Positions 38,606 through 48,640 of a stretch of 64,000 nt of DNA are shown here, piece by piece. A program made the translations under genes and the position numbers. The notes beneath the pieces were generated by a model. That model was not told where the DNA came from, searched no databases, and saw only the letters and a program-made list of their open reading frames with translations. The stretch is taken from NCBI GenBank assembly GCA_965215005.1, contig CBDCCZ010000027.1, positions 1-64,000 of the forward strand. Reading direction: 5' to 3'. This stretch comes from Kofleriaceae bacterium. Lineage in GTDB: Bacteria > Myxococcota_A > Polyangia > Haliangiales > Haliangiaceae. Each line of letters begins with the position of its first letter. The stretch's first letter is position 1.

Positions 38606-39490
38606 CTAGACGGGGCCGGGCAGGCCGAGGACTCGCGCGGCCGCGGGATTGACGAGAGCCAGATCTTCGGCTGTCTGCGGCGTAGTCTTCGGGTCGAGAA
38701 TACGGATCTCGCCGTGGCCATCGATGAGGCCGACGGTCCAGCGGCTTCGCAGCGTGTCGAGGAACGCCGCCGGGTCTCTGCCCTCGCCGCGGATGGAGGT
38801 GGCGTTGAACTCGATGATGCCGAGCATCGGCCGTGCGCCGGCCAGGAGCCGCTGCATCCCCGCGAGCACCACTGGCTCGTGCCCTTCGACATCAATCTTG
38901 AACACCGTGGCCCCCACCGGCGGCTCGCCCACCAGGGCATCGATGCTGGTCGCCGGCACGACCTCGTGTTGCCAGTTGCCGCGGGGCACGGCGCCGGAAC
39001 GCCCCGACCACTGCGGATCGATGTAGAAATCGGCGGTTTGCACCTGGCCATCGCTGGCTAGCGCGGCATGCAGCTCGAACTGCGTGCGGTTTGGATGCGC
39101 TTGCCGCGATCGCTCTAGGTGAGGATACAGCGACCGATTGGCCTCCACGACCACGATGCGAGTCGCGGGGTCGTAGCTGGGCAGAAACGCGAACTCGCCG
39201 TAGTTTGCGCCCACGTCGATGACCAGCGCCGGGTGCAGCTCGGCGATGGCGCGGCACCAGAGGCGCTTGAGCCCCGGCTGTCCACTCGCGTAGCTACGCA
39301 GCAGCGCCCGCCCGCGCGCCTCGCTCGGTGACACGTAAATGCTGTGCGGGGAGTTTGCCATCGGCACGCGCTCCGGTCGAAGCCGGCGATATTTGCGCAG
39401 CAGATCCAGCTCGTGATAGGCGCGCTGAAGGCCCGGGACGCGCTTTAGTCGTTGTCGCAGTCGACGGGCCGTGGTTCGTAGATTCGTCAT
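38606..39490 (-). CDS. FkbM family methyltransferase
   Basis: IDVGANYG, VEAN, FKIDVEGHEPVVLAG. Confidence 0.88.
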   Translation of the reverse strand: MTNLRTTARRLRQRLKRVPGLQRAYHELDLLRKYRRLRPERVPMANSPHSIYVSPSEARGRALLRSYASGQPGLKRLWCRAIAELHPALVIDVGANYGEFAFLPSYDPATRIVVVEANRSLYPHLERSRQAHPNRTQFELHAALASDGQVQTADFYIDPQWSGRSGAVPRGNWQHEVVPATSIDALVGEPPVGATVFKIDVEGHEPVVLAGMQRLLAGARPMLGIIEFNATSIRGEGRDPAAFLDTLRSRWTVGLIDGHGEIRILDPKTTPQTAEDLALVNPAAARVLGLPGPV

Positions 39491-40380
39491 GGAGAAGTCG
39501 CGCTCCGGCGCACCAGCGCAACGAAGCGCTCGGGCGCCAGTTGCTCGGGGAAAAATGGGTTCTGCCGGCAGCTCACGTGCACCGCGAAACGCCGCTGCCC
39601 TGGACGGCCCGGTAGCCGCCGATGATAGCCATTGGTGTTGGCGACCACGAGCGTGTTAGCCGGGCAGGTGACGACGCGCTCGGCGAGCCCCCGCGCCTCG
39701 ACCTCTTCGCGGCTGATCCGCCGCGACCGCAACCGCTCGGAGACGCTGTTGTCGTACTCGCGGTACAGCCGATACGCGCTGAGGCGATGCGAGCGCGGCA
39801 CGTAAGCAAGCGGTCCGGTTTCCTCGGTGACGTCACTCAGATACAGCCACGCCTTGTGCGTGTCGAAGAACGTATCGACGTGCAGAAAGGTTTCCGGGTC
39901 GGCATCGTCGCCTTCCCCATAGGTCACTCGCTCGGCGGCGCAGTGCGCTCGCCGCGTCTCGACCGCCCGCCGCTCCCCTGCTGACAACAACGCGAGCAGC
40001 GCGGGATGACGCAGCAGCGAGTCGGCGGCGGGCATGCTTGCGCGCATGGCGGTATCCAAACGGGCCATCTCGACCCGATTGGGCCCGTGTTGATGACACC
40101 GTACTGACGCCGGTGGCGCCTCCCAAAGCGCCAAACACTCGTCGCGCAGCGCGGCGAACGCCTCGGCAGGCAAGAAGTCGGCAATGAGCGTGATCCCGTC
40201 TTCCTCCACCTGGCGAGCCTGGGTCGCATACGGTGACGGCACGCGCCATGGCCGCGCTCGACGCACCGCACGCGCCATCAGACTGCGCGCCGGCTGCACG
40301 CCGAGGCGATTGAGCAGCGGGCTTTCGACCAACTTGGCGGCGGTGGGCACACGAGCCGCGGAACGCAGTAATGACAGCAT
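39487..40380 (-). CDS. Phytanoyl-CoA dioxygenase (PhyH)-like Fe(II)/2OG oxygenase
   Basis: LHVDTF (HxD), WLYLSDV..GPLAYVPRSH, ANTNGYHRR; own RBS (AGGAGA) and ATG at 40380. Confidence 0.8.
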   Translation of the reverse strand: MLSLLRSAARVPTAAKLVESPLLNRLGVQPARSLMARAVRRARPWRVPSPYATQARQVEEDGITLIADFLPAEAFAALRDECLALWEAPPASVRCHQHGPNRVEMARLDTAMRASMPAADSLLRHPALLALLSAGERRAVETRRAHCAAERVTYGEGDDADPETFLHVDTFFDTHKAWLYLSDVTEETGPLAYVPRSHRLSAYRLYREYDNSVSERLRSRRISREEVEARGLAERVVTCPANTLVVANTNGYHRRLPGRPGQRRFAVHVSCRQNPFFPEQLAPERFVALVRRSATSP

Positions 40381-40388
40381 GCGGTCTC

Positions 40389-41412
40389 CTATTCGAGCGC
40401 CGAGAACAGCGCTGCGTAGCCGCGCTGCATGGCACCACGAATACGCGGCACCTTGGCCAGCACGCGGAGGTTCTTGACCAAAAAGCTCGAGTCGTCGATC
40501 AGCGGGCTGCGCCTGCCGGCGATGACGCACCGACTCCATCAGCGGATGGTCGCCCTTGAGAAGCCCCAGCTCTTCCTCGTTGAGCGTGTTACCGAGGTGG
40601 CGCACCAGCGGCTCCTCGGTCGAAAGTCGCAACAGGCCAAGCCGATTGATGCGCGCGTCCCACTCCTTCTCGTCGCCTGCGAGTGCCTGCCGCCCTTCGA
40701 GCGGCAAGACCTGCAGCGCGACGTCGCGACGGGTGAGAAATTGGTAGTGACCCGCGTAGGCATAGGCGCGAACGCCGTCCTTGCTGATGCGAACGTCTTC
40801 GGCGTTGGCCTCGGTAAACACTGGATTGCGACTATGCCCAACGCTTCGCCAGTGCTCATCGAGAATCTCGTGCGAAACCAGCTGTCCCCGCTCGACCTCG
40901 ATGTCGCCGCTGCTCTCGGTATACGCAAGCGTTGCGCTGAGAAGCTCTTCGCGGCGCACCGAGGCGGTGCGAAACGGCCGCGCAGTGACCATGCCGACGC
41001 GCTCGAAGGTCTCCATGACCTGCAAGCTGGCGCTGAGCCAGCCGGGATAAAACAGCACGTCACTGTCGGTAAAGGCGATGTATTCGCCCGGGCACGCCGG
41101 CAACAGCACATTCCAAGCGCCGGGCTTGCCCATGTTGTGCTCGGCCAGAATCAGAAGCTGAATCGCGCCCCCGTCGGCGAGCTCGCGCAAGAAATCACGC
41201 ACCTCTTGGCAGCTGCCGTTGTCCATCACCACCAGGTCGAAAGGCTCGTGGGTGTTCGCGAGCAGGCTCGAGAGACAAATCTTCAGAACGTCGAAGCTCT
41301 GCGCCCAATAGCCCTCGATGGCGGGGATGTACACCAAGGTACAGACCGAGACGCGCTTGGGCTGAAAGCGACGCTCGAGGTTCTTCATCGGGTTTTGACC
41401 TACGCGGGGCAC
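40389..41412 (-). CDS. Glycosyltransferase family 2, with frameshift near 40530
   Basis: PRVGQNPMK, VMDNGS, YIAFTDSDVLFYPGWL; a natural-looking C-terminus (..RIRGAMQRGYAALFSALE*) lies in the adjacent frame. Confidence 0.82.
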
Positions 41413-41586
41413 CTGGACCTCCCGTGTTCTGGGGATCGATTCAGCGGCGGAGTGTGCCACACTCCGCTCGCTTGGATGAGTGCGGGAGCGCCGCTGTTCG
41501 CATCGCGGAGCCGGGCTGCCACAGGCAATCTCACTGAGGGCCCACAGGTAAACCCCGGCACGCCGAGCGGAACGCCGTCGAGCGGC

Positions 41587-43008
41587 TCAGGCTGTTTCGA
41601 GACCAATCCCATACACATCGCTGTCCACCTCCGGGCCCTGTATCAACCCCGCCGCTGGCTCACCGGCGGCCAAACGCGCCAGCACCGCAGCAGTTCGCAC
41701 GCCGGCGCTGCCAAAGTAGCGCCCCTGTTGCTCCGCGACGATCGCTTCCCGCCCCTCCCGATGAAGCCCGGGCTCGCGCAGATAGGTATCGACCGCCTGC
41801 TGCAGCTCCGCCATGCTGCCGACGATCCAGACGCCGTCGTGCTTCACCACGTTGCGGTAATGGGTGTAGTCGAAGCCAACCGCGAACTCCCGGTCGATCG
41901 CCAAGTTGATGACCGGCGTTTGCGCGCACGCCGCATCGATGGTGAGCGTCGAGCGCGGCGTGATCACCACGTCGGCTTGGGTCATGAGACAGGCCAGGTG
42001 GACCATGTCGCGCTTGGGCAGATCCCAGCGCAGAGACTCGGAGCGCACCGGCGGAAACTCCACGGTCACCCGTTCCGAAGCCAGCTGCCGGTATGCTGGC
42101 TCGAGGTGCTCGAAACGCCCAAACACCGTCTGCGGGTGGATGCGAACCCATAGATGCGGCCGCCGCGGATCCTGCTCGATGCGGGCGACGAACTGCTGCA
42201 ACACCTCGAGCTGATTCGGATAGATCTCGTTGTTGATCGTTCCCCAAACGATGAGCGGCGCCCTACTAGCGATGCCGTGCGCCGCGCGAAAGCCGGCGAG
42301 CTCCGGCGTTCCTATGATTTCGCGGTAAACGTCGAACTGCGCCGCCCCGACCTCGATGATGGGTCCGGTGAAGTCGTGATAGTCGAGCGCTTCGCGGCGC
42401 ATTAGCTGATTCCACACCAGCAGCACGTCGGGTTGCGCGGCCATGTAGCCCTTGGACGTGAGATTATCCCACGACAACATCACGGTGGCAGACCGAATCT
42501 TGGCCCGCTTGGCGGCGCGCAGGAGGTGGGCATCGGCCGCAGCAACCCCGGGCGTACCAGCAACCACCAAATCGGGCTTGGTGCGGGCCAGAAGCGCGTC
42601 GAACTCGCGGCCCGCGAACACCGCCGCCTCGGCAGCCTGGTACGCGCGCCGCAGTGGCGGAAGGTTTCCCAGCAGCAGGTTGCCGGCGCGGGTGATTCGA
42701 TAGCGCCACGGATGCAAGCGACGATAGCGCTCGCGTTTGTAGTTCAAGGTCGCGCCCAGCGCCGGGTTCATCAATAGATACGCGCGAGCATCCACCGCGA
42801 GCTTCTCGAGCAGCGGGTAGCGCAGCGGCATCATCTCGAGCTCGATGCCGGGCTGGTCGAGCTCACGACGCAGATACTCTTCGTTGGCGTTGGGGGCCAC
42901 GACGATGAGCTCGACGCCGCCAGCACGCAGCTCTTCAGTGATGCGCGTGCGGAGCAGCATTCGGGCCTGAAACCCGTGCGTGATGTTGAGTAGGATGCGC
43001 GCCGGCAT
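41587..43008 (-). CDS. GT-B fold glycan biosynthesis protein (CDP-glycerol glycerophosphotransferase-like)
   Basis: SWDNLTSKG, LVWNQLMRRE, GAAQFD, VRIHP, STLTIDAA. Confidence 0.68.
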   Translation of the reverse strand: MPARILLNITHGFQARMLLRTRITEELRAGGVELIVVAPNANEEYLRRELDQPGIELEMMPLRYPLLEKLAVDARAYLLMNPALGATLNYKRERYRRLHPWRYRITRAGNLLLGNLPPLRRAYQAAEAAVFAGREFDALLARTKPDLVVAGTPGVAAADAHLLRAAKRAKIRSATVMLSWDNLTSKGYMAAQPDVLLVWNQLMRREALDYHDFTGPIIEVGAAQFDVYREIIGTPELAGFRAAHGIASRAPLIVWGTINNEIYPNQLEVLQQFVARIEQDPRRPHLWVRIHPQTVFGRFEHLEPAYRQLASERVTVEFPPVRSESLRWDLPKRDMVHLACLMTQADVVITPRSTLTIDAACAQTPVINLAIDREFAVGFDYTHYRNVVKHDGVWIVGSMAELQQAVDTYLREPGLHREGREAIVAEQQGRYFGSAGVRTAAVLARLAAGEPAAGLIQGPEVDSDVYGIGLETA

Positions 43009-43709
43009 CAGCGATGCTCCCCTCGCAACACCGCCTCCGCGAGCAGAAAGTCGATTGGCTCATCGATGTTGATCGAGCGCTCCGGGGGCATCTCGTACGG
43101 GCACTGATCATCACCGCGCAGCGAGCCGCGCTCGATGACGTCGCGCCGACAGACGTAGATCGCGCCGTTGCGCAAGTAAGCAGGCTCGAGGTCCTGACGC
43201 CGAGAGCCCTCTTCTTCGGGCACGCAAAACTCGCGCAGCCTGCCGCCTTCGATGCGCTTGATGCGGGCCGGATGCTGATCGAATACGCGAACCACGCCAA
43301 TGACCGACTCCGCCCCGCTGGTGCGCAGAGAATCGATCGCGCCGTCGATGTCCGCCGCGGTGCGAAAGGGCGTGGTTACTTGCAACGTGAAGACATAATC
43401 GAAGCGCGGCAGACGCTCTTCCACCAAGGCCAGCGCATGAGCAATGACCGGATGCGTGGGCGTGGTGTCGGTCGCCAGCGCCGCCGGGCGCTCGATGACC
43501 TCGACCCCGAGCTCGCGCGCAACCGCGGCGATCTCAGCATCCTCGGTGGAAACCACGAGGTGGTCGATGCCACTGCTGCGCTGCGCCGCCTCCACCGTGT
43601 ACTGCAAGAGCGGCTTGCCGCCGAGCGCTTTGATGTTCTTGCGCGGCACCCCTTTGGAGCCTCCGCGCACCGGAATGACGCCGAGGGTCCGCGGCCGCTC
43701 AGTCATCAT
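43008..43709 (-). CDS. Acylneuraminate cytidylyltransferase (NeuA-like CMP-nonulosonate synthetase)
   Basis: IPVRGGSKGVPRKNIK, VSTED, ERPAALATD, LQVTTPFR, NGAIY, SINIDEP. Confidence 0.92.
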   Translation of the reverse strand: MMTERPRTLGVIPVRGGSKGVPRKNIKALGGKPLLQYTVEAAQRSSGIDHLVVSTEDAEIAAVARELGVEVIERPAALATDTTPTHPVIAHALALVEERLPRFDYVFTLQVTTPFRTAADIDGAIDSLRTSGAESVIGVVRVFDQHPARIKRIEGGRLREFCVPEEEGSRRQDLEPAYLRNGAIYVCRRDVIERGSLRGDDQCPYEMPPERSINIDEPIDFLLAEAVLRGEHR

Positions 43710-44502
43710 GAAAACACCGCGTTCGCCGTCCGTAGTCCGCCAGCTCGCTCTCGATGCGGCGACGCTCCTCGTCGCTCAGCAGCTGCCGCCACTGCCCCAG
43801 CGATTCTTTGAAGATCGGGCGGCTCAGCGAATCCAAGGTCGGGCTCTCCTTGCCGGTCACGCGCCGAACCTTGTCAAAATCGGCGCGGCCAGCGGCATTC
43901 TCTGCAACCGCTGGCACCCACGGCTCGCCGAGAAACGCCATCACCTCGCGCATGGTCCGGGCCGGCTCGAGCACGAGGTCGCGATAGTGCACCTCACAGT
44001 AGCTGGGCGAGGCAGCTCCCAGCTGCTCGCCAAGCGCTGCCTCGATCGCGAGGACATCGCTGATGAAGCGAGCGACATCGTGTTTGCGGTTCTTCTTCCA
44101 GCTGGCGTAGGCATCGCGCGGATCGCGGATGAGATGGATCAGCTGCGCCGCCGGCCACGTGCGCAGGATGGCCTCCAGATGCAAGACGTTGCCGGGGGTC
44201 TTCTCGACCCAGCGACGCTTGCCCGCGCGTTCGGCGCAAAAGCCCAGCAGTCGAGCGAGGGCTTCATTGGCCGAGGTCGCATGCGCTGCTAGCTGCCGAT
44301 ACTGCGCCGGCTCGACCTCGAAGAACTCGAGCACGGTGGCAACGGCAGGTGCCTTCGGGTCGCTCCAGTGCTCTTGGAAGCGAGGCGCAAACCAGTGGGT
44401 CTCGAGCCCGGAGAACAGATGCGGATGATTTCCCAGCAGCGCCCGCATGAGCGTGGTGCCGGACTTCATCGTGCCGCCAATGAAGATGGGAGCGCTAGTC
44501 AC
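43699..44502 (-). CDS. Sulfotransferase family protein
   Basis: PIFIGGTMKSGTTL (5'-PSB), WVEKTP, LIRDPRDAYAS (3'-PB). Confidence 0.9.
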   Translation of the reverse strand: MTSAPIFIGGTMKSGTTLMRALLGNHPHLFSGLETHWFAPRFQEHWSDPKAPAVATVLEFFEVEPAQYRQLAAHATSANEALARLLGFCAERAGKRRWVEKTPGNVLHLEAILRTWPAAQLIHLIRDPRDAYASWKKNRKHDVARFISDVLAIEAALGEQLGAASPSYCEVHYRDLVLEPARTMREVMAFLGEPWVPAVAENAAGRADFDKVRRVTGKESPTLDSLSRPIFKESLGQWRQLLSDEERRRIESELADYGRRTRCFHDD

Positions 44503-45469
44503 GAAACCAAACCGGGGCGGCAGCGGTGGCCAAAAAGTGCGCCGGCTCGAGCGCGCACGCCTTGCCGCCGGGGAGGTCGTTGTTGTCAAACCGCGCGAGC
44601 AAGAGTGGCTGCTTCAGGTCGCGGTTGACGGCGCGCTCGGTGGTGAACCCAACCTCATAACCATGGGCAGCGACGCGTGCAGCAACCTCGCGGCTGCATG
44701 CGGCGCGCGTGCCGTACGGATAACTAAACGCATATGGGCGATACCCAGCATGGGTTTCAAGAGCCTCTGTCGAGGTGCGCAGCTCGGCTTCGAGCTCGGC
44801 GGCATCGAGAGTGCTGAGCGGCACGTGGCGGTGGCTGTGGTTGCCGATTTGTTGATGGCGACCGAGGTCGGCGAGCATCGACGGGGTCATGTAGAGCGCT
44901 TCGGCAACCGCGGCCTCGCTGGGAAACCACAGCGGAAACAGCGCGTCGATGAGCGCATCCCGGTCGCCGGGCGCGAGGCAAAAATTGAGCAGGAACTTGA
45001 GCTCTGCCTCGGCGGGCGAGTCGTAGCGATACTGCGCGACCGCGGCGTCGACCTCCAGCGGGCGCTGCAGGCGCACGTTCTCGAGCCGGCGACCAACTTC
45101 TGCACCGAGCTCATCCGGGGGAACGTGAGCGCGAAGCAGATGGATCTTGTGCACGGCGCTCACCCGCTGCTCGACCAGCGGCGCGGTGTTGATGAAGAAC
45201 AGCGCTTCGATGCCGAGCGATTGCAGCACCGGCTGCGCGTGCTCGTATTGCTCACGAAGGCCGTCATCGAACGTGACCAGGATGGCGGGATCGGGCAGCG
45301 GTGCACCGCTGACGACCGCGTCGCGTAGCGCGCTGGGACGGATGATGGTTCCCCAGCGCTGCGCGATGCGCAGCTGGCGCTCGAGCTGCGCGGGCGTGAT
45401 GCCGTGAATCCCGGAATACGGGGCGTCATAGGACGGCCTCACGTAGTGATGATTGATTGCGATCAGCAT
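44495..45469 (-). CDS. Polysaccharide deacetylase
   Basis: VTFDDG, IGNHSHRH, FSYPYG. Confidence 0.9.
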   Translation of the reverse strand: MLIAINHHYVRPSYDAPYSGIHGITPAQLERQLRIAQRWGTIIRPSALRDAVVSGAPLPDPAILVTFDDGLREQYEHAQPVLQSLGIEALFFINTAPLVEQRVSAVHKIHLLRAHVPPDELGAEVGRRLENVRLQRPLEVDAAVAQYRYDSPAEAELKFLLNFCLAPGDRDALIDALFPLWFPSEAAVAEALYMTPSMLADLGRHQQIGNHSHRHVPLSTLDAAELEAELRTSTEALETHAGYRPYAFSYPYGTRAACSREVAARVAAHGYEVGFTTERAVNRDLKQPLLLARFDNNDLPGGKACALEPAHFLATAAAPVWFRD

Positions 45470-45849
45470 GCGGGATGCGCGCACGGCGCCGATGGCCTTA
45501 GAGACGAATCAAGCGGGACCTTCAATAGGAAGGGTGATGGTGCTGCCCAGGCAGCTGTGCGGAGCGTCTTACCGTGGCCCAGAAGTGAACACAATAGCGA
45601 CCGCAAGGCTACAGCCTGGCAACGAGGGATTCCGCAGGCGCGCTCGGTCAGTGACCGGCCGTGCTCGTCGCGTTCATCGGCGCCGTCGCAGTCTCCCACA
45701 CTGCCGAAAACAACGACAGTGGTGTCGCAGTCGGCGACGCTACGCGGGCCGATGCGCGAGCAATTCTCGCGATTTCGGCTTCGTGGTGATCGTGGCCCGG
45801 GGCTTGCGAAGGAGCCCGCCAATCAAACGCTTCACCAGGAGTTTTTCCA

Positions 45850-46548
45850 ATGAAATTAGTTCGCTTCGCACTTATCTGTTTGCTCGCCCCACTTTGCCTT
45901 GGCGCCGATGACGAAGGCTGCCACTCCGAGTCCTCGGATGCGGTCAACCAGGAGCGCATCCAAACCAGCTACACGCTGCACTACGACGGCGAGCGGGACG
46001 TGACGTATGCACGCGCACGGTTTAGCTTTGGCTCCTCCCTCGGCACGCCGCTCGAGCTGAGCGAAGGCGCCGCCGTCACGTTCAACGACCGCGCGTTGAG
46101 GTGGGACGCGGGGCTCGACCGGTACGAGGTCGAGCTGGCCGGCCGTGTCGAGGCGGGGTCGTTCGAGTATGTCGACCTCGACGGCAATCGATTCGTCAAC
46201 GAGGTGCTCGACCCCGAGCCGATCGCCATCGGCGACTTCCCCGCGCGGCTGACCACGAGTGCCGCCTATGAGCTGACTTGGGAAGGAGCGCCCGTGGGCC
46301 AGGATGAGAGAATTGAAGTAATTATCGCCTCGGCAGACAACCGGCTGAACTTCGCCCGTTGGATCACGACCCGCGAGGGTGCAACCAGCGTCGTTCTCGA
46401 TGCCGCGCTCCTTCGCGACCTCGCCCGAGGACCGGCGCTGATCGGGGTGCGGCGCTCGCGCAACGTTGCCGACGGCGAGTTCCCCATGGCGGGAGGCCAA
46501 ATCACCACGACCTGGCAGAGCCAAGACGTGGACTTCACGCTGCAGTGA
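45850..46548 (+). CDS. Secreted hypothetical protein
   Basis: Signal peptide, beta-rich mature part; RBS AGGAG. Confidence 0.72.
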   Translation: MKLVRFALICLLAPLCLGADDEGCHSESSDAVNQERIQTSYTLHYDGERDVTYARARFSFGSSLGTPLELSEGAAVTFNDRALRWDAGLDRYEVELAGRVEAGSFEYVDLDGNRFVNEVLDPEPIAIGDFPARLTTSAAYELTWEGAPVGQDERIEVIIASADNRLNFARWITTREGATSVVLDAALLRDLARGPALIGVRRSRNVADGEFPMAGGQITTTWQSQDVDFTLQ

Positions 46549-46568
46549 CGTGGGCTTTACGCTGCAGT
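46525..46568. repeat. 22-bp imperfect tandem duplication spanning the stop codon
   Basis: GACGTGGACTTCACGCTGCAGT / GACGTGGGCTTTACGCTGCAGT. Confidence 0.8.
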
Positions 46569-46573
46569 GATGC

Positions 46574-46870
46574 TCACGGGCGGAACGGCTGCTTGTCCTG
46601 CCCGCGCGTCGGGTTGGCAAGCCGCCGCGCCACCGCCTCTTGCTCATCTTTGTTGAGGCGACGAACGTATACGCCGGCGGCCTCGATAGAACGAGCACCG
46701 AAGAACCCTTCGGAAACTGCGTATTCGACCTCGATGACCATGAACGGGTCATCGCCGATCCAGAGCAGCTCGTGCTTGCGCGGAATGCCCACCCACGAGC
46801 TCAACGTGAACTTCTCGCGCGTGCCGTCCTCGTTGAGGACGACGAGCGTGATGCGGTCGGTGGCCGTCAT
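46574..46870 (-). CDS. Hypothetical protein
   Basis: 98 aa, starts 1 nt after the GNAT gene stop; coding-like codon use. Confidence 0.7.
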   Translation of the reverse strand: MTATDRITLVVLNEDGTREKFTLSSWVGIPRKHELLWIGDDPFMVIEVEYAVSEGFFGARSIEAAGVYVRRLNKDEQEAVARRLANPTRGQDKQPFRP

Positions 46871-46871
46871 A

Positions 46872-48575
46872 TCAGCTCAACCCTAGCAACTGTTTGGCTT
46901 CGGGATCGGGTGGGCGCACGAGGATGTGGTCTACACCCGCCATCCGCGCGTAGACCACGTCGGCGACCGCCGCGTAGGCAGCCTTTTCGAAGGCGCGCAC
47001 CGACGCCACGTTGTCCGAGCCGATCAGCGCCCAGCTGCGATACACGTCGCGCTGGCGCAGCTCGAGGGCGAGGAAGTCGAGCATCGCCGGCGCCACCGCA
47101 CGACCGCGCGCGCCAGGAGCGACGAAGACATCGTGGATATAGGCCTGCGACTGGCCGAGGCGCAGCGTGCGGCCGAGCTCGGGAACCTCGACGTCTTGAC
47201 GTGCGCACCAGGTGATGCCGGCGGGGCGGCCGCTGAGCCGCGCCAGAATCACCAGGTCACCTCGCTGCCATTTGCGCCGCGCGTAGGCTTCATCGAGCTC
47301 GAGCTCTTCGACCAGCTCGGCGCGCTCGCGACCACCCAGCGCGTCGAGCTCGGCCTCGGAGAAAATCGCCAGCTCGAGCGCTGCGGGCGTATCGATGCCG
47401 CGAGTCCACAGCTCACCGCGATACAGGTGCAGGCGCTCGTAACTCGCCACGTGGGTCGCGGCAGTGAGAATCTTTGCCCACGCCGCGCGGGCACCAGCGG
47501 CGGCGGTTTGCGGTGCTTCGCGCGCGGCATCGACGCGGCGGCGCACCGCTTCATAGGTGCGCGCAATCGCCGCTCCGGCCGACTTGCTGTACACGGTCAG
47601 GTTGAGGATGCGCTTGCGCGAGGCGGGCAGCGCCGGCAGCGCGTACTCCTCAGCGCCAGTGACCAAGTCCAGCGCTTTGCAGCCGCGCTCGTGCGCTGCG
47701 CGCGCCTCCGCGCTGATGAGTCGCGACGCCGCCTGCCGATGCGCCTGCTCCGGGTCGAGCGCCATCGCCAGCACCACCGCGCGCTCGCGATCATCGACCA
47801 CCAGCGCCACGCAAATCGCCTCGCCGCTCGAGTCATCGAGCCGCGCAAGGCGCGCTTTGCTCTCACGTCCCAAATCGAGGGTGACCTCTTGCAGCAGCTG
47901 CATTGCCTGCGCACTGGCCAGCGGGCTGCGCTCCTCACGCGCCGCCCACTCCAGCCGCGTAAGCCGTCGCAAGGCGCTCAGCCCTTTGCGCAGCGCCAAC
48001 GGATCATCGACGTACGCGCTGATCATACCGTCGGCGGCGTCGGCGATATCGACACCGGCGGCGCCAAGCGCGATACGCCGCGTGCCTCCTGCCGCGCTGC
48101 GCGACAGCACGGTGTGGCCGAGCGCGTTGAGCCGCTGCGCGAGATACGCGCGTGCTCGCGACGGATCGTCGAGCGGCTCGAGATCCAGCACGTCCCATTG
48201 CTCGCCATCGGCTGCGAGCGCTTGCGCAAGCGCGGCTCCGGCGCGTTCTTCGGCCCCTCGCGCGACCAGCAAATCGAGGCCCGGTGGACGTGGGCCCGCA
48301 TCGCCCATGAGGCGAATCTCGCGCACCCGCAGTCCCGGCACCCGTGCGAAGCGGAAATAGAGCGGCGCCAGACATACCAAGGCGCCCTCTTGGCGGCCGG
48401 CGTAGACGAACAGCTCGGCGCCGAGCGCCTGGTGATACGCATGCCACCAGGGAATCAGCCAACGCGGGCCGCGAAACAACGCACCAGCGCCGCCCGCCTC
48501 GGCAAGCTCAAGCCACTCGGGCTCGAGCTCTCGCAGCTCCCCGAGGTCACGGATGCGCACGAACTCGACGGTCAT
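46872..48575 (-). CDS. Tandem GNAT acetyltransferase (CelD/BcsL-like N-terminus plus C-terminal GNAT)
   Basis: W..L....[47 protein letters not shown]. Confidence 0.82.
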   Translation of the reverse strand: MTVEFVRIRDLGELRELEPEWLELAEAGGAGALFRGPRWLIPWWHAYHQALGAELFVYAGRQEGALVCLAPLYFRFARVPGLRVREIRLMGDAGPRPPGLDLLVARGAEERAGAALAQALAADGEQWDVLDLEPLDDPSRARAYLAQRLNALGHTVLSRSAAGGTRRIALGAAGVDIADAADGMISAYVDDPLALRKGLSALRRLTRLEWAAREERSPLASAQAMQLLQEVTLDLGRESKARLARLDDSSGEAICVALVVDDRERAVVLAMALDPEQAHRQAASRLISAEARAAHERGCKALDLVTGAEEYALPALPASRKRILNLTVYSKSAGAAIARTYEAVRRRVDAAREAPQTAAAGARAAWAKILTAATHVASYERLHLYRGELWTRGIDTPAALELAIFSEAELDALGGRERAELVEELELDEAYARRKWQRGDLVILARLSGRPAGITWCARQDVEVPELGRTLRLGQSQAYIHDVFVAPGARGRAVAPAMLDFLALELRQRDVYRSWALIGSDNVASVRAFEKAAYAAVADVVYARMAGVDHILVRPPDPEAKQLLGLS

Positions 48576-48640
48576 GAGTTGGCCGACCTTACTGTGATCG
48601 TCGCCGCGTCACTACCGCCGCAGCCGATATTCGGCGACCG

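Noticed and set aside
39487..41460. 657-aa GT2-PhyH fusion as a novel bifunctional enzyme
   Set aside because: Better explained as two genes joined by a frameshift; the second has its own RBS and ATG.
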